Source of the DNA: a virus | Direction: 5' to 3' (one strand) | Length of the DNA stretch: 64,000 nucleotides | Virus record (IMG/VR): IMGVR_UViG_3300007541_000018 | Coordinates: 3,076 to 67,075 of that record | Shown: piece after piece, positions 7,235 to 17,800 of the stretch | How the letters are laid out: each line of letters starts with the position of its first letter | Position numbering within the stretch: the first letter of the stretch is position 1 | Position numbers and translations under genes: made by a program | The notes under the pieces: model-generated | What the model was told of the DNA's origin: nothing | Databases searched by the model: none | The model's input: only the letters and a program-made list of their open reading frames with translations

Positions 7235-10200
7235 TTATGGTATAGCTGGTCCGCCTAGGCCTCCCCCTCCGCCTGGGCTTGCCCCTCCGCCTGGGCTTGC
7301 CCCTCCGCCTGGGCTTGCCCCTCCGCCTGGGCTTGCCCCTCCGCCTGGGCTTGCCCCTCCGCCTGGACCATCAGGCTCGGTGAGACCTAATCCTCCTTGG
7401 ACTGAGTAATCAGGCTCGGTGATTTCATCGTAACTCACATAGTCTGAGGCTGGGTCCCACCAGTAGTTCTTTGAGGTGGTTACTTCCCCGGAGACTGCTG
7501 CGGCGAGTGACCAAGCCTCAGTAGAACCAGACTCTTGAGATATTCTGTTATTCTCTATGGTTACGGCAGATAAAGTATAGTCCTGAGAAGGCCATGCGCC
7601 GACTCTTATTGATGCATCGGTTCCACCTCTTAACCAGTTACCCGACACACTCACTCCGCTAACATCACCAAGCCTAGGTCTTATTCTGACGCAGTTCTGC
7701 ATTCTATACCCAGAGGTTCCGCTAGGAGTGGAGATATAATTATCCTTTATCTCGATGCCTGAGCCTGAGTTGACAACTACACCGTAGTAATTTCCATCCT
7801 CAGCTAAACCTATTTGGTGTATGTAATTGTTTGAAACAACTGCATTACCCTTAATGTTTATACCATTACCTCTACTGTTAATGACTTCACAGTTTCTAAC
7901 AGTAATATTTTTACCAGTGATGGCTGCTCTATAAGATCCAGCGATTCTTCCATCTTCTATGACAATTCCTGAGTAGTCTTGGTCAGACTCTATTCCGTGA
8001 ATCAATGTCTTTCTATCGAATATGTGGAAGTTTCTTAAGGTTACATCGTTAGCTCTTATCTTTACAGTGGTACTAGCCTTGAAACCCTCGTAGACTCCTG
8101 GCTGAGTAATAACATTGTTAATAACCGAAGGATATTTTTCAGAAAGATCTCTTCTTACTGTAGGTGAAACCTCTTTTGGTATGAACAACGATCTAGATAA
8201 TCCATCCCCATTAGGTCTAACCCTTGCTGGAAATAAGGTATCCTTATGAGTTTTAAACATTTCAGTTAAGAATGAGCTTCCTAGTTCACCTTCTCGTAAG
8301 TATCCTTGAGACTGATCATAGGCAGGGTCACCTTCAACTAAGCCTTCATCCATACTAATTGGTCTAGAGGCTGTTTGATAACCAAAGTAAAGCGTCTCTG
8401 GAGATCCGTAATCGCGTATCAGAGAATCTATATCTCCACTAAACGCTAAGACGCTCATCGCTTCTGCGGCTGCCCATCGAGTATCCAAAGCTTTGTTTTG
8501 TTGATCAGCAGTAGTATCTACAGGGTTATTTGAATCTATACTTTCAAACTCTCCAGGAAGGGATGGTCTAGTTCTATCAAAAACTAGTTGCTCTACGACA
8601 GCTTGAGATAATGTTAAATCTCTAACCCATCCAATAGGATCACCATGCCAAGTTCCTCCCTCAGATACTGTAATGTTACTAACCTCTACAGGAGTTACAC
8701 CTGTAAGAGAAGTATCTAAATCATACCTGTTATCATGGGTGTTTAACCAGAACAATCTTCTAGTTAAGTTGGTTGATGTAGCGGTAGAGATATCGCTTCC
8801 ACTAGTAAGACCTCTAAGCCTTCTCATTATTATTCCAGCGGATCTACTGATGTTATCATCAACATTGTAGAGTACGCCAGTAGAAGCTACAGCACCTAAC
8901 ATATCAACACAGTGTTGTGCTACACTAACCATAAGATCCTGTTTATCAGAATCAGAAGTATGTAGTAATAGAGCAGCCTCATTGAATACTACTTGAGCAT
9001 CACTTATAGTCCTTGGCATATTCTTATAAGGTCTTGCACCCATGACCTCACCTCTAGGAATACCATAGTACCAAGGTCTACTCAAAAGCTGTCTAGCTCT
9101 CTGGACTCTAGTTCCAGAACCTGTTAGTAAGATATCTTCAGACTCTAATACATCAAGAGACTGGAAGTTATCTAAACTTAGTTCACTAACACTATAGTTT
9201 ATTTTAGAACCAGGAGATCCGTAAGGACTGGGGCGTAATGATTCCTCAGGGATGCTAGTTACGCAAGTGAGAATAGACATGTCTCTTACGAAAATGTTTG
9301 GAGAGTTATGGCCTAAAACATCAGTCTCATAGGAAGTACTACTTCTAGTTGATACTAAACTATCGTGATGAACGAGTGTGACTGGATAAGTTACTGCTCC
9401 AGTAGCATCATAGTTCTCAACTCGATCATCGAATGATTGGGCTGCATCAGGAACAGGGTTAAGAACACTACCGTTTCTCCCATCGGCAGGTGCAGGGGAC
9501 ACTGCTGTTACAGTAACATCAACCTCTCCATCAGGAACTAGGACCCAAGGGCTTCCATCAGCGAAAGATCCGTGTACTACGGCGTCACCAAACTCCCAAG
9601 AGATACCTGTTTCGTCATCAGTTACAGTATCACTTACAGACCATTGGAGTTCAGTTACAGTTACAGTTAAGATGCCACTATCCTTTCCGTAAACTGTCAT
9701 ACCATCTTTTATGGCTTTCGCTCTTACTACGAAATAGTACTCACCGTTTCCATTTAGGATGGCTGCGTTGGCGCTGGTATCTGAAGTCGTAGTTAATAAA
9801 GTATAATCAGCCTTGACCACACCATACTCTTTATCAAAAGAAGGATGTGATCCTTGGAACAAGTTAGTTGTTCCATACTCTCCAGACATTGCATACCCAA
9901 ATAAAGCATTGTCTAGTCTATAAACTTCATACTCTACTGAAGAATGCCCATCTGTAGTCACAGCATCCCAGCTAAGATCTATTGAAGTCTCTCCTGCTGA
10001 GTAAGAAGTTGTTGGAGATACAGCCTCTAATGAAGCTAGAGCGTAGAGAGCTTGGGCGTCAGTAGTTTCATTACCATCATACGCCCCAACGAAAGAAGTG
10101 TTGTTGAAATGAGGGTTGTGAGTATACCATTGCATCATAGGGGTGTGGTCATACTCACCTGTTAACCATAGCCATTGCATAGCCGCAGCTATGTAGGAGT

Positions 10201-11836
10201 TCTCCTCATCTGCGTAGCATGAGCCTGCTCCATTAGGAATGCACATATGACCAAAAGGAGAATGAGTTAATCCCCAACAATCCTTAACAGCCCTACCTGC
10301 CTGAGGAAGGTATAGGAATTGATCAACCTCAGGTGGTAATGTAACTCCAAGTAGTTTTGCAAACCATAGCTTTATTGCCATATCGCCTTGACGGAACTCT
10401 CTGGCTGCACGCATGTCAGCTAATGTCAGTCCTGTAGGGCCTGCACTTACCCCCAACCCTAAGGTATTCCTGTAATAGCTTGCTGTTGCATGGGTGGCTT
10501 CAACATCACGAAGACCTAATGTTCCTTGGTTAGTTTTACCATAACTTATTATGTTAGGGAAACTACTTTTTAGTGTCTGGCAGACTGTAGCCTTGTTATA
10601 AAGAGGCTCGAATGTAGGGTTATAAATACCATAAGTTTCTATCCCTAAATCCTCCATTCGATCATAAATAGCTGCTATTGCAAACAGCTTCATGGCAGAT
10701 AGGTTTCTTTTCAAAGATACTGAATTTACTCCATGAGAAGCCCATCTTCTTTTTGATACTCCTTGAGCCCAATCACCAGTACCGAATGCGGGTACGCTGC
10801 ATACAAATTTAAATACATCCCAAAGCTGTTCTTTGGTTTCTCTATCAAAACCAGTACCGCTAACTGATGCGAATTTAAGAGCAGTGTTATAGAGAATGTC
10901 GATTATGTACTCAAATTGATTATGATCAGTTAAGGAATTCTGTCGAGTGTCAATAGGTATCCCAGTTATAACCCTTCGATCTACTCTTGTACCTAGATTA
11001 TCTTCGCTGGATAGATACTCATCACAGGAAGTTAATAAAGGTTCGGCGTCTACTTCCTCCGGGTCAACGCATCTTTCCCTAATTATCTCACTAAAAACTT
11101 CCTCCCTGTAGACTTCACTATCTGGTCCAAGAACTAAATCATTATCAAAAGGTACATTAGGAACAACCTCTCCCATCTTGTCTTTGAATTTTTGCCACGC
11201 ACTTACATCATAGGTTCCATCTGTTTTACCAAAAGGATACGCTCTATAAGTAGGGTAAGTGGAACAGTGTAAAGTAAATCCTTCACTTCCTCTTTCCAAA
11301 GTAGCAGGTAATCCTATACCACTAAATGCAAAACCTACTACTAAAGTATCCCCATCCTGTAGAGTAACTGTGTAGCTCGCAAGATCATCTGAGCTATCTT
11401 CATAAGAAAACTCTGAAAAACTAGTCTCTGTACCATCATCACTTTCATCAATAGAAGTGGAGCCAAGGTCTGTAGTATACGATTGCCTAACAATAGGTGG
11501 CAGGACCGCCTCAAAGTCCCACCCAGAGGGAATTTCATTGTTATCATTTGTGAAAGGTAGCTGATTGAATGGTGCTCGTATAACCTTTACAAGCAATGCA
11601 TGACCTAAGTCACCAGCGTTATCCATTCTAAAAGCATCTTTAGTGCCCTTTAAGTTATGATGAAGATTAGGGGTGTTGTAGCTAATAGTGTAGCTTCCTG
11701 GGCTTACCCAGCCTCCTGTGGCTTTATCAGAACCGCTAGATGCTCTCCAGATTCTTTGTTGAATATTAGATCTAGTTACTTTGATACCTAACTCATTAAA
11801 TTGAGTTACTTCTTGATAAGGTATAAGGTCGCTCAT
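7235..11836 (-). CDS. Large virion-associated protein (~1533 aa): helical domain, FN3-like domain, domain shared with the upstream giant protein, C-terminal right-handed beta-helix
   Basis: FN3-like SIDLSWDAV..VEYEVYR..YYFVVRA; beta-helix repeats NVTLRN/NITVRNCEV/VVSNNYIH/IKDNYI/VSGNWL/IENNRI. Start placed at ATG 11836 (MSDLIP), just after the upstream stop; the track used a start at 11863. Confidence 0.75.
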   Translation of the reverse strand: MSDLIPYQEVTQFNELGIKVTRSNIQQRIWRASSGSDKATGGWVSPGSYTISYNTPNLHHNLKGTKDAFRMDNAGDLGHALLVKVIRAPFNQLPFTNDNNEIPSGWDFEAVLPPIVRQSYTTDLGSTSIDESDDGTETSFSEFSYEDSSDDLASYTVTLQDGDTLVVGFAFSGIGLPATLERGSEGFTLHCSTYPTYRAYPFGKTDGTYDVSAWQKFKDKMGEVVPNVPFDNDLVLGPDSEVYREEVFSEIIRERCVDPEEVDAEPLLTSCDEYLSSEDNLGTRVDRRVITGIPIDTRQNSLTDHNQFEYIIDILYNTALKFASVSGTGFDRETKEQLWDVFKFVCSVPAFGTGDWAQGVSKRRWASHGVNSVSLKRNLSAMKLFAIAAIYDRMEDLGIETYGIYNPTFEPLYNKATVCQTLKSSFPNIISYGKTNQGTLGLRDVEATHATASYYRNTLGLGVSAGPTGLTLADMRAAREFRQGDMAIKLWFAKLLGVTLPPEVDQFLYLPQAGRAVKDCWGLTHSPFGHMCIPNGAGSCYADEENSYIAAAMQWLWLTGEYDHTPMMQWYTHNPHFNNTSFVGAYDGNETTDAQALYALASLEAVSPTTSYSAGETSIDLSWDAVTTDGHSSVEYEVYRLDNALFGYAMSGEYGTTNLFQGSHPSFDKEYGVVKADYTLLTTTSDTSANAAILNGNGEYYFVVRAKAIKDGMTVYGKDSGILTVTVTELQWSVSDTVTDDETGISWEFGDAVVHGSFADGSPWVLVPDGEVDVTVTAVSPAPADGRNGSVLNPVPDAAQSFDDRVENYDATGAVTYPVTLVHHDSLVSTRSSTSYETDVLGHNSPNIFVRDMSILTCVTSIPEESLRPSPYGSPGSKINYSVSELSLDNFQSLDVLESEDILLTGSGTRVQRARQLLSRPWYYGIPRGEVMGARPYKNMPRTISDAQVVFNEAALLLHTSDSDKQDLMVSVAQHCVDMLGAVASTGVLYNVDDNISRSAGIIMRRLRGLTSGSDISTATSTNLTRRLFWLNTHDNRYDLDTSLTGVTPVEVSNITVSEGGTWHGDPIGWVRDLTLSQAVVEQLVFDRTRPSLPGEFESIDSNNPVDTTADQQNKALDTRWAAAEAMSVLAFSGDIDSLIRDYGSPETLYFGYQTASRPISMDEGLVEGDPAYDQSQGYLREGELGSSFLTEMFKTHKDTLFPARVRPNGDGLSRSLFIPKEVSPTVRRDLSEKYPSVINNVITQPGVYEGFKASTTVKIRANDVTLRNFHIFDRKTLIHGIESDQDYSGIVIEDGRIAGSYRAAITGKNITVRNCEVINSRGNGINIKGNAVVSNNYIHQIGLAEDGNYYGVVVNSGSGIEIKDNYISTPSGTSGYRMQNCVRIRPRLGDVSGVSVSGNWLRGGTDASIRVGAWPSQDYTLSAVTIENNRISQESGSTEAWSLAAAVSGEVTTSKNYWWDPASDYVSYDEITEPDYSVQGGLGLTEPDGPGGGASPGGGASPGGGASPGGGASPGGGASPGGGGGLGGPAIP
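7265..7366. repeat. 18-bp perfect tandem repeat (CCCTCCGCCTGGGCTTGC x5 plus 12 nt) encoding (GGASPG)n
   Basis: Five identical copies read directly from the sequence, near the 3' end of the ~1533-aa gene. Confidence 0.95.
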
Positions 11837-11843
11837 GGTATTA

Positions 11844-14800
11844 TTATTGAGTATCACATTCACATCTAAGCTCAGATGTAGGGTTCTCCACTAATAGATA
11901 GGGTTTTGTAACGCCATCCTCATCAACTAAAGTACCGTCAATACGCTGATTGTTTGGATAGTTTGAATATCTTTTAAGGATGCTCCATGGATATCCTGGG
12001 ATAACCTGCCCTCCTTTTTGTAAGAAATCTTCTACATCTAGAACTGGGTTAGTGGTTCCACCTATCGTGGTCCCGTCAGTTAATCTGATCTTTCTACAGG
12101 AAAGACCGTTATCATTAGACCACTTGTTAGTGTAGTCACTAACAACATCTATCACTGCATAATTATCTGTTATACATGCAGACATGTCTGCATAACCAGC
12201 AGCCTCAGTATAACCTAGAGACCTATAGTAATCGCAAGAATAGTAGGGAGCGTTTGAATCAACAGCAGAGGGGTCGTATGCATGAATGACCTGATGAGGA
12301 ATATTTATGTTCTGTCCATCATTCAAGTTATACATTCCATAGTTAGTTGCCGAGTCTATTTGATTACCTGCAACCCAGTGAATAGTTGGGTTAAATCCAA
12401 GAACACCTGAGGTAGCACTACTAGAATAACCCGTATCGTTAGAGCAGTTAGTGGCGTTGTAGAGAGGTAATGAGATGCTTTCCCAAGTCTCTGTTGGAGA
12501 ATTCTCTTCAGCACACGCTCTTAGCTGCCAGAAATACCTTGTAACGCCTCCTGATGTTCTGCTTGTTTTACTAAATTTGCTACTCTTTGTTATAAAGTTA
12601 TAGCTTCCAGTTCCTCTAAAGTAGCATCCACTTAAGTAAATATTATGCCATATATTACTTCCACCAGTGGTAATTAAGAACTGACTGGTTCCAGTGCCCT
12701 TAGCTCTAACGGTATCGCTACCACTAGGTGCTAAGTAACCATCTATTGTTGGACCGTCATCATTTAAGAAAGATGCTGGGTTTATAAATCCTCTTCTATC
12801 TATGAGTAGTTTACTGCCTGGGATGTTAGCAGTTCCTGAGTCAGACCATTCTGGGCTGCCTGCGCCAGCGAAGGTACATCTTTCAAGGATTATATCAGTA
12901 AGCTGTTTCCTATCCTGCTGGAATGTGTCAGCATGGGGTGCCTTGCTAGGATAGGCTGCGAACCATTGATCATTGGTGGCACCGCACTGAACATGTCTAG
13001 TAGGAGTACATCTTTCTACAGCATGTACAAACCCATTAAAGGTTCTTGTAGCTGGCACACAATCAAATAGCTCAGGTCTATCTCCTGGGTTACAGGAAGC
13101 TCCTGCGCGGACACTTCCTGCTGGGCCTATCCAACATTCAGACATCTTCCAGTCTCTAGTGTTTGGGTAAGTTCCTACAGGTATTATGTTTATAGAATCA
13201 CCTACATACCAGTCTATGTTAAGCCTTCTTGCGTTGTAAAGGGGAACATTTATTGTCTTCGATCTGCAACCTCTAAAGGTACACCATTCAAAACTTACTT
13301 CTTGAGGATGAACCCCGTTATAACCGTTAATTATGTAAGAGTTTCCTCCATGTTCTGTAGAAGATCCACCTACATTATCACCGTTATTATTCTGGCTTAG
13401 TTGGCTGTCAAGTCCAGAGAATACTACCCCATCAGCAAACTTCTCATACCAGTATAGCTGTCCTATGAATAAGCAGTCAACAAAGTTCAGAGGGTTATTA
13501 GTTTTTATCTGTAGTATACCGTTACTAGCAGCGTTAGCTACATCGTAGTTAGTTCCAGAGAACACTACTCCAGATATAGTAAGACCTGTAACAGGAACCT
13601 CAGTGCAGTTTGGAAGTGCTCCGCAATCACCAGGGTCTACAAAATAGTAGGGGTCAGTGGTTATTGCAGATATATCCATAGCGGAAGTATAAAGCCTATG
13701 CCCAGTATTTTTACCTGTTATTTGAGCAGTAGGGTCTGCACTATCATCTATGGCAGGTGGGTATAGGTTACCGTCACCGACATCTCCAGCCCCTTGAGTC
13801 CAAGAATTGTTGTTTGGGTCAGTAGATGGAGGAGATGGGAAAGTTCCAGTAAGAACATCCGATAGGTTTGCGTAAGGAATTGTAGGGAAGAAACCTTCAG
13901 CGTATCTGTAAGCGGAAGCTTCACAGTCCCAACCGTCTCCTGTTGCGAAGTCCCCAGGGGCGCTAAGAGAGAAGTCTGGGTAACGGTACCTGTACTTGTC
14001 AAAGTAATAGGCGGGGGCCTGTCTGCCCCAACCCTCATCATCAGAACCAGTCCAGAGGTTGCCTGTATTAGGCTCTCTTTTCTCATACCCTATTGATTGT
14101 CCGTTTGCATCGGTCAGGTAGGGTGGGTCGTAGTTCAGCAATGCTGCTCTATCAATGTAGTCTAAGAATGGTTTGTGACCAAACTGATCTACTAAACCCA
14201 TCTCTCTTATCGCTAGTGCCATTCCGTAGCCAAATCTAGCAAGCTGAGATTTGTACTTTGGAACATAATGCTCATTTGTAAATCCAGAAGAGGATTCTTG
14301 TTGCCAAGCTGGGAATCCATAAATGTTCCATTCAGGCATTCCTATTTGAGTTGTGCTGTAGTTTACACCTGGAACTTGAATATCCAGCTTACATAAGGTT
14401 CCATTAGCGTAGTTAAGGTTTAGATCTGTACCACAAACCAAACCAGGGTCACTAGAATTAGCAGGAGTACTTTCCCCATCTTCTAAGTAGAGGGTAGTGT
14501 TAACCATATAAGTATTACAGACTCCACTAGTAGTAGGATCAGTCCTACAGTTAGGACTTTCTGGTGGGCAAGTACCGTCTTGCTCACAAACAAACCAGTT
14601 AATGTAGTCTGGTACATGGAAGGTGTTAAGGTTCTCACTAAACCTACCTGCATTCTCTACTAGATCAGTTAGATCTTCGTTGAACATGATTCTCTTGAAC
14701 CATATTGGGAAGTAACGACCTTGCTTATGACCACCTTCAGGAACCCAGTAAGCACCTTCCTTGAACCTTTCATCAAGGTCTATACCTACCTGGAGAAGCC

Positions 14801-17800
14801 AGTAAAGAATAGGCTTCTTGGTATCTAGAGGAACATCTAGGTTAAGCAGCACAGCAAGATGACCTACGATGTTGAACAGACCACCTCCAGTAGTTCCGTA
14901 TAGAGTTGTTTGTCTCACTGGACCAAACTGCTGCATCCTCCAGTCGAAGTTATCATTAGCAACTATGTTGTTACACCACATATTACTATTCTTCTGGTGG
15001 ACAGGGGCATATAGCTTTCCAGTAGAGTCAGCACCTGGGTAGTTATGAGAAGGATTTATCTGATACCAGACTTCTGCATTACCGTCAGAGCCGTCTTGAT
15101 GTGTAGGCTTTCTCTCAACAAAACTAGCAAAGTTGGGGGCAAAGCTTAGTATTGGAAGGTTCTTAAGCTTTCCGTAATCTATAGCAGAAGTGTGGTAAGG
15201 AGAGGTCTTGCTGTTACTAAAAGGTCCTGGGCGGAACCATCCACCATCAGGATTTTCCCAAGGATTAGTCACAGGATTCTGGACAGGGTTGCGATGAGTA
15301 GCGAACCAGTTGGTTATGGTTTCGTTTACAGCCTTTATCATCTCATAAGTACCATCTCCAGAAACATCTACCCCAGGCTTATTTGGGAAGTAGAGTTGGT
15401 GAACATTGACATGGTTACCGTTCTCATCCAAGATTGGGAACGATTGCCCTTGCGAGTTAGGAGAGGTGCTCCAATATTTTTCTCTCCAAGCCCAAGGCCA
15501 AGAACCATCACTGAAAGGCCCAGCAGCACCGACCTGAACAACTCCAGTACCAGCGTTAGTAGCTCTCCACTTATGAGCGTGCATGAACCATATGAATCCA
15601 TCTGCACCTGCTTCTAGACAGGAAAGAACTAAGCTATTTACTTGATCGTAGCTAGGAGTTTCGTTATGGTAGTACTCAAGTGCTCCGTAGTAGGGATTTA
15701 CACTTTGGTCGTTAACAGAAGATACAAATACTGGACTACCTTCTAGTGTTGGGTAGACAGGTTTACCGTTAGGGAATTGAGGTGTAGTAGACCATTCTTT
15801 AATTCTATGGACACCGCTAACAACCCACTTAGCATCATCAAGAACCTTTGGAGTTGAGAAGTAAGGGTTGTCATATAATTCTGGTGGGTCTACACTGCTC
15901 GCTGTTACAGCCCCAGTAGGCTTAGTACAGTGTGGGTAGTAGTCGAACAGGAACCCATCGAACTCAGGGATCTGCGCCACTGCTGAGAAGAATGAAAGCT
16001 GATCTTCTTGAACAGTTCCGTCATCCCATACATGACCAGCGCGTGCCCTTGGATCCAATCCAAACCATCCAGCGATAGATACGCCCTTAGAGAAGAAATA
16101 GTAAAGCTTCTTATCAGGGTACTGCTGTTTGAACTGCTCTGCTCTTTGCTTGATATCATCGTAGCCTGCTCCGTAAGTGTAATATGTTTGGTAGATATCT
16201 ATAGTCCAACCGTTACCATCAGCAGGCTCGTAATCATCACCAGAGTCTAGTACATATACTGGAGCTTGACCAGCGGATATAGTTGCACTAGCCTCAAAGA
16301 CAGTTGTTTTTCCATAAGGAGCCGCGCCAGCAACACCTCCGTTAGATAGACGATCTATAACATAAACCTTATCGCCTATAGAGTAAGTTTTAGTAGAATC
16401 ATACTCCTCGTAATGGCCGTACCAATCACCGTTTAGTTCAGCCTCATGACCTAACATCCAGAAGTCTACACTTTCAGGAGTACCGTCTCCATCAGGATCG
16501 ACTACTGTAAAGTTCATAGGCCAATCGTCACCTAGATTGCCTCCTCCTGGCTTAAACGCTTCTCCGTATTGGTTTACAAGACCATACTGTCCTACAAAGC
16601 GAAGCCCCTTATCTAAAAGGGATTGAATTTCAGATTGAGTATAAGGTTGATCAAAGTTGGTTGGGAACTTAGAACGGACCAACATGTCGATTCCTAAGTC
16701 CTTGTTCTCTTGAGCGATATCTACTAGCCTGTTAGGAAGTGTAGTGTCGTTTAGATACTTTTGTGTTGGGGCGTACCAGCTTCCGATTCTTCCAGGAAGA
16801 AGGTTAGCGTAGTAATCTCCAAACTGTCTACCGCCTCCATTAAAATCCGCAGGAGCCTGATCTAAACAAGTGAGAGGTTGAATAGTCTTAAGTCGTCCAC
16901 CAGACTCAGACTTATTTGAATTTAGATAAGGAGCATTTATACTGTAAGTCTGTGGGTTTGCTGAAAGACTGTACATTCCTAGACTGACTGGGCCAGTCCC
17001 ATCATCGCGGAATACTTCATATTTTTCGTCAGTTCCTATGTTAGGAATCCAAGGCTTTTGAGACTCACACCATGAACTATGCAAAGTATCCCCTGGTTGA
17101 AGTGTTATGGGATTGGTTTGAGATACAGGGTTTGCACCGCCACCAGTGTTAGAATAAGGTGCTGAAGGCCAAGCTGCATTTAAATTGTGATCGTAAGTGC
17201 CATCCATGTAAAGGGTAGTCTCCCAACCTTCTAGCCAACCATGTCCTCTTCTAGCTGAGTTGGCTACATCGTAGAAGAACTCCCATCCACTAACAACAGA
17301 CCAGTCAGTAGAGAATTCATCAGGAGTTCCTACAGTAGCGTCTATTCTACCTTGACCGTATTTGTCATAGCCTGCATAGGTTTCAGGATTAATCATAGAT
17401 CCGTTAATGTAACCCCCTAACTCAGGTCTGTACTCTGGTTTAGGATATATGTCTATAACATTAACAGGACCTACAACCCACCAATCGCCTGTAACATAGC
17501 GACCAGCTTCGTAGTCTCCATCGAAGTACCAAGTAACTCCCTCGTCAGTTGTGATGGAGTTTACCATCTGGCCTCCTCCTGGGCCTTGACCACCAGTACC
17601 ACCACCAGTACCACCACCAGTACCACCACCAGTGCCTCCAGTAGCTCCATCATTGACAACGAATGTGAACTCAGTGTTGCTTCCTAAATCAGAATCAACA
17701 GAAGAATCTGCTACAAGCTTAAAGGTACTGGATAGATCTCCTTGGTTTCCTGTAGCACTTGTAATACCTACTGTAAACTCCCAATCCTGTTCAGCAGCAT

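Noticed and set aside
7265-7366. Tandem repeat as a CRISPR array or replication iterons
   Set aside because: The units are contiguous with no spacers, are a multiple of 3, and lie in frame within a CDS encoding a Gly-rich linker.
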